Positions 52,862 to 64,000 of a stretch of DNA of 64,000 bases are shown here, in pieces. The number at the start of each line of letters is the position of its first letter. The first letter of the stretch is position 1. The position numbers and the translations under genes are program-made. The notes beneath the pieces are model-generated. The model searched no databases and was not told the DNA's origin. It was given only the letters and a program-made list of their open reading frames with translations. Source of the stretch: Octopus vulgaris (lineage: Eukaryota); NCBI GenBank assembly GCA_951406725.2, contig OX597816.1, forward strand, positions 73,594,001-73,658,000, in the 5' to 3' direction.

Positions 52862-53436
52862 CATACATACAGGCTACCCTGTAATTCTAGATTATCACAG
52901 AGTTTCGCTTTTCAGTTGGACCTATTTCATTCGATTGATGTTCTTCTTCACAGATCACCGAAATATATCAAAATATTCTATCTGTTTCTCCGAACTTAAT
53001 TGTCTTTGAGCTTAGTAAAGATTCAATAGAATGCCAGAATCAACTACCTGATGTGTTCAGTCACGTTCTTTCACGTCTTTAACTTGAATACAAAATGTCG
53101 CTGAAATTGGCTTCAAATTTAAACCACCCGTGTTCGATAAAAGGCCACTCAAAGCGTGTTTTCTTCTGTTTAATTTAGAAATTATCAATGTTTCATGACT
53201 TTTCTACATTAATCATGAAAATTGAAACGTGTTGAGAGATGGCGACAATTTACTCAAATCTCGAAAACATAGCAAAGGAATTTAGAAGAATAAATAAGAA
53301 TAAATAATGACAGTGTTCTACAACTCAACTGTCCAGGATTCAATTCTAGCATCTCTCAGTTTCTCGAACTTCAGTTTCAGGCTGTTTTCCCGGTCACACA
53401 CTTATCAGCAAGGGTTTCTCTAAATAGCTTCAGATA

Positions 53437-54726
53437 CGAGGGACGTTCAATAAGTAATGCCTCTGACCCACTTGCAATTGTTTGATCTAGCTGAAACTTT
53501 GCATGTGCAATCATTTATATCTCTATAGAGTAAGTGGCAAATTACAGCTCTGAATTAATTGTGGTTTCTGATTTACAGGTGTTTGAACAGAGTCACGTGT
53601 GAAATGGAGCCTGTTGAGTGTCGAGCGGTGATACGGTTTTTGTATTTGAAAGGACGCACACCACGGGAGACTTTTGATGAAATGAAAGTAACTTATGGTG
53701 ATGATGCCCCATCATATGACCTTGTAAAACGCTGGCATCGTGAATTCAAACATGGTCGGAACTCTGTGGAAACAGCTCCTAGATCTGGTCACCCCTTCTG
53801 CCATTGATGAGGCATCTGTCCGTCAAGTTGAGGCTGCCATTTTGGAAGATCGACGCATAATTATTCGCCAAATAGCCCATGAGGTCAAGATTAGTACCGG
53901 GTCTGTGGAAACTATCATTCATGACCATTTGCATATGCAAAAGGTGTCTGCCAGATGGATTCCCAGGTTGCTCACGCCTTTCCAGAAGAAAGAACGCGTC
54001 GAGTGCTCGAGGGTGAATTTGGAGATGTGCCAAGAAGATGAGTCAGAATTTTTCAAAAGACTGATTACTCAGGATGAAACCTGGGTCCATCACGATGATC
54101 CAGAGACCAAAGCCCAGTCAATGCAGTGGAAGCACCGTGACTCACCCCCTCCAAAGAAGGCAAAGGTGCAGCCCTCCGCTGGCAAGGTCATGCTCACAGT
54201 CTTCTGGGACCAGGACGGAGTAGTGATCACAGATTTCCTGGCAAAGGGTACCACAATTGCAGGAGCTTATTATGCTTCACTTTTGAGGAAATTAAAAGAA
54301 GTTATCAAAATCAAGAGGCGGGGCAAGATCAGCAAAGGCATCCTCCTCCTGCAGGACAACGCCCCGGTCCAGAACTCGCTTGTCGCCAGATCAGAAGCAC
54401 AGGCGTATGGCTATGAACTCCTCCCCCATCCCCCTACTTTCCTGACCTTGCACCCTCTGATTTTCACCTCTTCCCAGTCATGAAGTTGTTTTTGAAAGGA
54501 AAGCGTTTCCCAGATGATGCAGCCTTGATTTCTGAAGTCACGTTCAGGTTGGAGGACCAAGCTGGGGGCTTCTACAAAAACGGTATCCAGAGCTGCATCA
54601 AACAATGGGAGAAATGCGTAACTCTGGGTGGTTCCTATGTAGAAAAAGACTAATAACTGTGCCAAGTTTCGTTGCTCTATTACTATGGGAAGTGGGGCAG
54701 GGGCATTACTTATTGAACGCCCCTCG
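53437..54726 (+). mobile_element. Full-length mariner (DD34D) transposon, 1290 bp, transposase with two frameshifts
   Basis: TA TSD; TIR cgaggg(a/g)cgttcaataagtaatgcc; MEPVECRAVIRF start at 53604, WIPRLL, ITQDETWV, LLQDNAP, PDLAPSDFHLF; shifts near 53790 and 54435; stop ~54653. Confidence 0.97.
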
Positions 54727-54779
54727 TATGTTTTAATCTTAGCAAAAAATATGATTTTATATGCTTAAAATGTTTGACG

Positions 54780-55109
54780 TATCTGTTACGGCTTCTTCAC
54801 GGTAGTTCAAATGTCGCCGAGATCAACTTTGTCTTTCACCCCCGCCCCCTCGGGGTTAATAAAATACGATATCAGACATTTAAGAAGGTCGACGGTATCG
54901 ACTACGCCCTCGTTTCAAAATTGCTAGCTTTGTGCCAAAATTTAAAACCATTATCATTATTATTATTTTTATTATTGTTGTTGTTGTTGTTGTTGTTGTT
55001 TTGTAGGGCCTACTTTGCCTTTCATCTTTTTGGGGTCGATAGAATACTAGTTCAGCACAGGCGCCGATTCAATCGACTAATCCCTCCCCCAAAAAATTCA
55101 GACACAATC

Positions 55110-55110
<1 letters not shown>
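54780..55110 (+). mobile_element. Degenerate family B SINE fragments
   Basis: gttcaaatgtcgccgagatcaactttgtctttca; ctttgcctttcatctttttggggtcgata. Confidence 0.7.
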
Positions 55111-55172
<62 letters not shown>

Positions 55173-55206
55173 CATTATTATCATTATCATCATTATTATC
55201 ATTATT

Positions 55207-55258
<52 letters not shown>

Positions 55259-55276
55259 ATATTATTATTATTGATG

Positions 55277-55307
<31 letters not shown>

Positions 55308-55899
55308 TGTTGTTGTTGTTGTTGTTGTTGCTGTTGTAATACAAGGGTAATAATCGTTTCTTCACTTTTTCTTGAGAGAACAGGGGTCTTTAAAAAAAAA
55401 AGACGAAATAAAAACACAAAGAAATAAAAAGTAGGGGTTATTTCATTGTGTGATACTAAAAACTATAAATACATCGTAATAACGATGATTAAAAAGATGA
55501 AGAATTTGATTAGAAGCTGCAGCCGTAATCAGGGGACATTCACCAGTTAGAACATCCGTTCGCCTTATCAATAACAGGAAGGACGTTAGCAATAGGGTCT
55601 CTACTAACATCATCACTACCATCGCTACATTAACGCCACCAGTGATAATTAGGGCAACAACATAAACGTTTACATCCCCCACCACCACCATCACCAAAAA
55701 CAACAGTAGCAGCAACAACAACAACAGCCACAGCGTTTACAATGATGCCACTTCTAACGCCAGCATCACCGGTTCTCGCCGAGCCATAGAATCCGGCGAA
55801 TGTATATATTATGGAGAATATACATGCTTGATTGTATGGTGTATACGAGTGTATACGAGTGAATTCTTCCCCTGGACGTGATGCCGGTCCGTCACAGGG

Positions 55900-56445
<546 letters not shown>

Positions 56446-56454
56446 CAGTTTTGT

Positions 56455-56820
56455 CTGCTGACTGAACTACAGCAACGTTTAATGAAGTGTTTTGCTCAAG
56501 GACACAACGCATCGCCCAGTCCTGAAATCGAAACCACAATCTTACGATCATGAATCTAACACCCTAAACACTAAGCCACACGCCCTCACGCATCACCACT
56601 TAGAATAATAATGGTTTCAAATTTAGGCGCAAGGCCAGCAATTTTGGGGGCGGGGGTAAGTCGATAACATCGACCCCAGTGCATAACTGGTACTTGTTTT
56701 ATCGATCCCGAAAGGATGAAAGGTAAAGCCGACCCCAGCGGCACTTGAACTCAGAAAGTAAAGACGGACGAAATACCGCTAAACATTTTGTCCGCTGTGA
56801 TAACGATTCCGCCAGCCTTT
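56455..56820 (-). mobile_element. Adjacent SINEs: family D head (56455-56590) and family B monomer (56610-56820)
   Basis: Homology to 33662-33790 and 23477-23690. Confidence 0.85.
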
Positions 56821-56933
56821 ATCCATCACTAACAATAACAATAACATGAACATTTACATCATCACAACTAAAAACAACGGCAACAGTAACAAGGCTACCA
56901 CCACTACTACAAGGAACAACAACAACAACAACA

Positions 56934-57008
<75 letters not shown>

Positions 57009-57173
57009 ACTACTACTATTACTACCACTTGTACCACTACCACTACTTCTACTACTACTATTGCTATTACTTCTACTACTACTCCTACTACTGCTATTAC
57101 TACTACTTCTACTACTACTACTACTACTACTATTACTATTACTACTACGTCTACTACTACTACTATTACTATA

Positions 57174-57205
<32 letters not shown>

Positions 57206-57911
57206 AGCTATAGCACCGCCACCAGGAACAACAAGAGCAACAGCAACAAGTGCGGCACAATCACCACTCCTCATTACCGCCAACAACGAGTCAGTGTTGG
57301 ATTCTTTAAATGGTTGCTCAACCTGCTAGAAATAGGAGACAAATCTTCCTCATATCACACTCTACCAACGGATCCATTGTTTATTAGAGTTTTCCGCACA
57401 TGCGTAAAAGACGGGATAGTCATGGCTGAACCGCTTCTGATCCTAGATCTGCTTGATTAGAGCTGATCTGGAGCTATATAACAACAGCAATAATAAACAC
57501 TGTCAACAATGACAAAGAGACAATGAGAGAGAGCTTCTACGTGGTCTCTCGAGTTGCTAGAAATAGCAACCAAATTATATCCTTCTGAAATTACACCGTT
57601 TTAAGATAATGAGGAGGACATATTGGATAATGACAAATATAATCTGCAGTCTTAGGTGGATAATGACTGAGTGATTGGTTAGTTTTGGGTAATGGACCTG
57701 GTACTGAGTCAGAATTGACCTGGGACTACAAAACAACAAAAATAACAAGTGTGATAGCGACGATGACGGCGATGACGACAGCGGTAAATAAAACAACAAT
57801 AGCAATGAAAACAACGGGACAAAAAATACTATGACAACACAACAAAATGATGGCAACTACAACACCACCAACAACAACAACTATAACAAGGGTAGCAACA
57901 ACAGCGATCAC

Positions 57912-58292
57912 AGGAAGCGCAATGGCCCAGTGGTTAGGGCAGCGGACTTGCTGTCGGAGTATCGCGGTTTCGATTCCCAGATCGGGCGTTGTGTGTGTTT
58001 ATTGAGCGAAAACACCTAAAGTTCCACGATGCTCCGGCAGCGGGGGGGGGGCACCCCTGTTGTACTCTTTCGCTCCAACTTTCTCTCACTCTTTCTTCCT
58101 CTTTCTTGTCCCCGACTTCCTACGCAACCGCTGAGCCTGGACGCGAATTCATCCATCCGTCGATGCTCTCGGTGTCGGGGGTTGACCTGCTTTCTCTTCT
58201 GCGGGTCTTACGAATAGCAAAGGACCACGTTTCGGACTTCCCCCACTACAGGACGAAGACCGCTTCGCTCAACAAACAAACAAACAAACAAA
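57912..58292 (+). mobile_element. SINE, family C head with alternative 3' half ending in (AAAC)n
   Basis: gcgcaatggcccagtggttagggcagcggac head as at 15871; diverges after ctttctctcactc. Confidence 0.88.
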
Positions 58293-58429
58293 CAGCAACG
58301 ACAACACAACAACAATTATAAGAACGATGAGGACGACGTCAACAACAACAGCAAGAACTACGACAACATCAGTAATAAAGATAGCATCAATAAATGCAAC
58401 AACAACGGTAACAATAACAATGGCATCCA

Positions 58430-58865
58430 CAACTGCCACAACGATGACAACGTCAACGATGACAGCATCAACAGCCACGACGACGACGATGACGGCATCA
58501 ACAGCCACGATGACAGCATCAACAGCCACGACGACGACGATGACAGGATCAACAGCCACGACGACGACGATGACAGCATCAACAGCCACGACGACGACGA
58601 TGACAGCGTCAACAGCCACGACGACGACGATGACAGCATCAACACCGGCGACGACGACGATGACAGCATCAACAGCCACGACGACGATGACAGCATCAAC
58701 AGCCACGACGACGACGATGACAGCATCAACAGCCACGACGACGACGATGACAGCGTCAACAGCCACGACGACGACGATGACAGCATCAACAGCCACGGCG
58801 ACGACGATGACAGCGTCAACAGCCACGACGACGACGATGACAGCGTCAGCAACAGCAACAACAAC
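58430..58865. repeat. ~30-bp minisatellite (acagcatcaacagccacgacgacgacgatg)
   Basis: Directly visible, ~13 units, derived from trinucleotide repeats. Confidence 0.93.
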
Positions 58866-59405
58866 ATCGACTGGAAAATCAATCTACAGAAGGTAGCATG
58901 TAATAAATAGCCAATAAGGATATCAAGCGACGCCATATTGTTATCTGCGTAGTGACAGGGAACATTATAAACGGAAGTTTTACAACTAATCTAATTGACT
59001 TCCTTTCTTTATCTTAAATATGGAGGAGACGCCGCTGTTCAAAGATGAAAGACCAACTCGTCAGATTTAAGGATTTATAATAACCACCGTATAAATCTTG
59101 GCCGTAAATGCCTTCAATGAAATATCTATTGTATGGCGTTTGTGTTATTACTGTCTTTCTGTCTTCTCTCTTTCTCTTTCTTTCTCTTCCTCTCTATTTC
59201 TCTCCTTCTCTCTTTCCGTTCCGTCTCTGTCTCTGTCTCTCTCTCTTAATCTATATATCTATATATATCTATCTATCATACTATTATTTAGCTATCTATC
59301 TATACTTAACTATATCCCTATCTTTTTCGCTTTTCTCTCTCTGGGAGTGTGTATGCACGTGTGAGCCTGCGTGTGTGTGTGTGTGAATAAATATGTGTTT
59401 GTGAG

Positions 59406-59437
<32 letters not shown>

Positions 59438-59661
59438 CATGTGTATGTGAATATGTGGGGGAAGTGCACGTGTTTTTGTCATATTGTCTGCTGTATATGT
59501 ACCTGCAACAGTGCATGTATGTGTGTGTGTGTGTGTGTGTGATTGAGTGTTCATATACGTATATATAAACAGATAAGTGTATGTGTGTGTTTGTGTGTGC
59601 ATGTGTGTATATATATATTTATATATATACAGAGACATACATATATGTATGGACTCATATA

Positions 59662-59727
<66 letters not shown>

Positions 59728-60387
59728 GAGATACAACTCACACACATACACACACATTCGCACATATTCATGTGTGTATGTATCTATTTATTTATATAAG
59801 CATATATATATCATATATTGAGCATCTACACATTCATTGTGTACATATATCAGTTCTTGCGTGTCTCTGTGTCTATGTATGAATGTACGTGTCTGTATTT
59901 GCGAATGTGCGAATCGTAAATGCATACGGAATTAATATCTAATATATAATTAAACAGGATTAAAGCACTGAAAAATATAAACGGAATCGGGATACTCTGA
60001 GCTAGCAAATTAAAAGAAATCGCAGTATTTATTCATTTAGTGGGTATTGTTGACATCATTCAATCGCAATGTCTTCTTTCAGTATCTGGTGGCAGCGGAG
60101 GCGAGAGTGTTGTTAATCAACGTGCACCAGCTACAAGAAAAAGAGGCGGCACTAATGGAATTTTTATTTGCCGAAACATAACAGAAGCGAATCCAATGAT
60201 CTAGTATTCTCAGACATGATAAGATTGGGTGGAATTCATTCAATCGATTTGATCATTTGGCTAACAATTCCGGAGAGATATTTTATATGGTTGCGAAATC
60301 TGCTTGAAATAGCAACCAAATCACTTTCAGATCAGATCCTACCGTGTTTAACAAGACATTTTAGACAATGTGGTTCTAACAGGGGAT

Positions 60388-60547
60388 AGGCGTGGCTGTG
60401 TAGCAAGAAGATTGTTTCCCTACTACATGATCCGGGGTTCAGTCCCACAGTGTGACACCCTTAGCAAAGCTTTTCTACTATTGCCTTGGACCAACCAAAG
60501 CCTTGTGTGTGGATTTGCTAGACAGAAACTGAAAGAAACCTGTCGTA

Positions 60548-60583
<36 letters not shown>

Positions 60584-60630
60584 TGTATGTATGTATGTAT
60601 GTATGTATGTATGTATGTATGTATGTATAT

Positions 60631-60671
<41 letters not shown>

Positions 60672-61100
60672 GAAATCCTCCATCCGATTGCGCCCAAATT
60701 TGATATGTAGATACCGACGGTATCAGGGCGTGTATAAGTCTTGAAAAAATTACAAAATCGATTCCAGGAGAGAATGCAATCGATAAAGCCGTGGGGACGT
60801 GCATTTGTACACGCAAGTACATCAGCTGTTGCTATCGATACGACGCGTACGCGAGAAAAATGCACGTGCAGTTTGCGCAAAAACAGCCGGCTGGCTTGAA
60901 ATAATGCCACAAAATGGGACGGTCGGACAAGTTGTTTTGAGAAAATACGGTTTAAATGTTTGACATCTCAGCATCGACCATTGGACGTGGGGCGTTTTGC
61001 TCGTGTATATATATGTATGTATTTATGTGAGTTTGTTTGTTGTGTCTATTTTTGTCCCCCACCATCGCTTGACAACAAATGTTGATGTGTTTACGTCCTC
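60388..61100 (+). mobile_element. SINE family A split by a CpG-rich ~335-bp insert (60668-61003)
   Basis: 5' half 60388-60545, 3' half from ~61040 (tttgtcccccaccatcgcttgacaac). Confidence 0.8.
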
Positions 61101-61294
61101 AAATATTTCAACAGAGCACATATATAAAGATGTGTGTGTGAACACATCTTTATTTTTTTCTGATTCTTGGCTTAACATTAATATATAGATAGCATGTTTA
61201 TCTTTTCAGTATTCCATAAGTAAATGCCCTGAACAGTCTTTATAGAAACCACCTAATCATTAATATATATATATATATACATATATACATATAT

Positions 61295-61460
61295 ACGACG
61301 GGCTTCTTTCAGTTTCCGTCAAACAAATCCACTCACAAAGCTTTGATCGGCCCGAGGCTATAGTAGAAAACACTTGCTCAAGATGCCACGCAAGGGACTG
61401 AACCCGGAACCATGCGGTTAGGAAGCAAGTTTCTTACCACACTGCCACTCATGCGCTTAT
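61295..61460 (-). mobile_element. SINE family A 5' half
   Basis: cgacgggcttctttcagtttccgtc..cttaccacactgccactcatgcgc. Confidence 0.9.
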
Positions 61461-61461
61461 T

Positions 61462-61690
61462 AATAGAGGTCACAAAAATGACAGAGAGTACCGCTTTTGC
61501 TAAAGATAACAGTTAAACTAACTCAAATAGCACAAAATCACTGTCTTAATGACTGACGAGTTAGTTTAACTCTTATCTTTAGCAAAAGCGGTGCTAGTTA
61601 GTACCCTCTCTCACTTTTATAACCTGTACTAAGTTTGCCTTTAGGTGCTAATTGCTAATAAGCCACCTTTTTTTTAATTTGGTATATATA
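61462..61690. mobile_element. Short foldback element
   Basis: accgcttttgctaaagataacagttaaactaactc (~61490-61524) inverted at ~61558-61591; outer diverged arms. Confidence 0.65.
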
Positions 61691-61774
61691 GATAGATAGA
61701 TCTCAACATACATATATATACATACGTGTGTATGTGTGTGCATAAATCTATATAACTGTATCGAACGAAGTAGC

Positions 61775-62034
61775 GGATGTTCTTATACATCGCTGGTCAC
61801 AATGCGCATTGTTTTAGCTTTCGAATGACACCACCACGATGGCTAGACGAGTAGGCCAACATTCTCCCTGGTAGGAAGGCTATTCTGTCACAGGATTACC
61901 AATTTACAGCTGAAAATGACGTGTTTGCTCAAGAACACAATGAGCAGCCAGGTCCGGGAATCGAACCCATGATCTAGCGATTGTGAGTGCATCACCCTAA
62001 CCACTAGGCCACGCACCTTCACATCAATATGTAT

Positions 62035-62089
<55 letters not shown>

Positions 62090-62249
62090 CGCAGGGGTCG
62101 CTGTATGATAAGAAGCTTGCTTCCCAACCACATGGTTCCGAGTTCAGACCCACTGCGTGACACCTTCGGTAAGTATCTTCTACTATAACTCCGGGCTGAC
62201 CTAAGCCTGTGAGTGAATTTGGTAAACGGAAACTGAAAGAAGCCCGTTG

Positions 62250-62293
<44 letters not shown>

Positions 62294-62500
62294 AGTGTGT
62301 GTCTTTGTGCATGTGCTTGCCCCCACCATTGCTTGACAAACGTTGTTGGTTCTTTACGAACCCATGACCAAGCAGTTCTTCAAAAGAAAACGATTTAAGT
62401 ACCAGACATTAGAAATAAACACTGAGGTCAATTTGCTCGATTAAACTCGACTAAATTAGATTGGACGCAATCTAATGACTGAAACAAGTAAAAGATAAAA
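61775..62500. mobile_element. SINE with D head and C-type tail (61775-62020, -) and family A SINE (62088-62500, +)
   Basis: catcgctggtcacaatgcg tail shared with 16105-16125; head aaggtgcgtggcctagtggttaggg; A-family tail taatgactgaaacaagtaaaaga. Confidence 0.82.
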
Positions 62501-63297
62501 TATTACAATATAGGCGCAGGAGTAGCTATGTGGTAAGTGACTTGCTCACCTGGCAAGAATATATATATATATATATATATCTGTCGTAGAATTCAGACTC
62601 AATAAGAATGAACTTCCCTGGGTGGGCACTAAGTATGGTTAACACCTTAAAGTAGGTTCAATTTCAAATTTAAAAGCAGAGAAATATCTGGCAAAAACAT
62701 AAACATAAAGATAAAAAATATATTTAATTGGATTATGGTTAAGTTTTTCATTAACCACGAAGCTCGGCTTTAGCTGTTCAGATAAGCATCCGTTGTTATT
62801 GTTGTTTTGCTAACTCCCGTCCATTGTGATTTTTAAGTAGAAGTTTTAAGGAGAATGAGGTTTACTCCTTATTATTCTCTCTTCAACACACGACTTCCCT
62901 TTCTTTTAAACTTTCTCTCGTTTAATCCGTTTTTACAGCACTTTTTCTGTTTGTTTTTCTTTGTTGCAAACCCTATATTTCTTTATTTGTTTTTGGCTTC
63001 CTCCTTCTTCTTTTCCGCCCAATTTCTTTCTTTCACTTTCTCTCTCTCCTCCCTCTCTCAACCCCTCCTCTCTATATATATATGTGTGTGTTTCCGTGTC
63101 TCTCTAGTTCTCTTTTTCTCTTCATTTTTTTCCCTTCCTCTCCCACTTTTTCATACTTTAGAACGTATAAGTACGAATGTACGACAGCATTGATATACGT
63201 TCGAAGATATACAAACTTGCATACATACATACATACATACATACATACATACATACATACATACATACATACATACATACATACATACATGCATGCA

Positions 63298-63331
<34 letters not shown>

Positions 63332-63492
63332 CATACATACATACATACATACATACATACATACATACATACATACATTACACGAGCTTCTGGAATGAAG
63401 TCTTCGTATCGTGTTTTGTAAGCGCTTTAGTTGTTCAATTTTCCAATAAGATAATCTATGTGTTTGTGTGTATGTATGTGTGTATATGTATG

Positions 63493-63552
<60 letters not shown>

Positions 63553-63642
63553 CGCAAGAGTGGCTATATGGTAAGTAGCTTGCTTACCAACCACATGGTT
63601 CCGGGTCCCCAAATTGATAGACGGAAACGGAAAGGAGCCTTT

Positions 63643-63674
<32 letters not shown>

Positions 63675-63893
63675 CAACGTGATCAACGTGACTGACCAGG
63701 CCAACAGAAGAAAGAGTGGGAGTAAGTTGTGGCGAAAGAGTACAACAGGGATCGCCACCACCCCCTGCTGGAGCCTCGGGGAGCTTTAGGTGTTTTAGCT
63801 CAATAAATACTCACAACGCCCGGTCTGGAAATCGAAGCCGAGATCCTACGACCGCGAGTCCGCTGCCCTAACCACTGGGCCATTGCACCTCCA
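63675..63893 (-). mobile_element. SINE family C (internally deleted)
   Basis: Minus strand tggaggtgcaatggcccagtggttagggcagcggactcgcgg; tail ggtcagtcacgttgatcacgttgat. Confidence 0.9.
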
Positions 63894-63911
63894 CCATATG
63901 TATATATATAC

Positions 63912-64000
63912 GACTCGCGGTCGTAGGATCTCGGCTTCGATTTCCAGACCGGGCGTTGTGAGTATTTATTGAGCTAAAACACCTAAAGCTCCCCGAGGCT
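63912..64000 (+). repeat. Perfect inverted copy of 63772-63860 running off the window
   Basis: 89-bp exact reverse complement including copy-specific variants. Confidence 0.9.

Noticed and set aside
52875-52883. miR-10-family seed taccctgta
   Set aside because: Only 9 nt match; remainder differs and no convincing precursor hairpin
51826-53009. Three ORFs starting MESNEDVNKIPLL
   Set aside because: Consequence of the inverted duplications; antisense to the ribozyme and no recognisable domain
58327-58896. Thr-rich mucin/antifreeze-like 189-aa ORF
   Set aside because: Product of a 30-bp trinucleotide-derived minisatellite; open on both strands, no signal peptide or splice context
61550-61580. 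CTGACGA followed by a hairpin as another hammerhead (also ~4300-, ~6010-, ~43880-)
   Set aside because: No correctly placed GAAA/UH or no stem II pairing

Overview
Eukaryotic, AT-rich, extremely microsatellite-dense non-coding DNA (intergenic or deep intronic). The tRNA-headed SINE families and simple-repeat load are most consistent with an octopus/cephalopod genome; this is an inference from recognised repeat types. I found no convincing host protein-coding exon, and almost all listed ORFs are translations of (TA)n/(CA)n/(TACA)n/(TAA)n repeats. The recognisable content is mobile DNA: a young 5'-truncated CR1-group LINE with an open 905-codon EN-RT frame (40.9-43.7 kb); fragments of CR1, RTE, Tx1/L1 and R4/Dong LINEs; four Tc1/mariner relics (one full-length with TIRs); Helitron-type non-autonomous elements; more than 25 SINE copies; MITEs; and minisatellites. 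Highlights: (1) an 830-bp doubly inverted non-coding element at 51.8-52.6 kb carrying canonical type I hammerhead ribozymes on both strands (Penelope/retrozyme-like), plus a dispersed family of minimal hammerhead relics; (2) the LINE 3' tail is shared with the most abundant SINE of the window, pointing to its mobilising partner; (3) a Helitron family amplifying a captured Tx1/L1 5'UTR-ORF1 fragment, with a head-to-tail junction; (4) an 8/16/144-bp higher-order minisatellite. All coordinates were read by eye, and element boundaries without TSD/TIR support are approximate.
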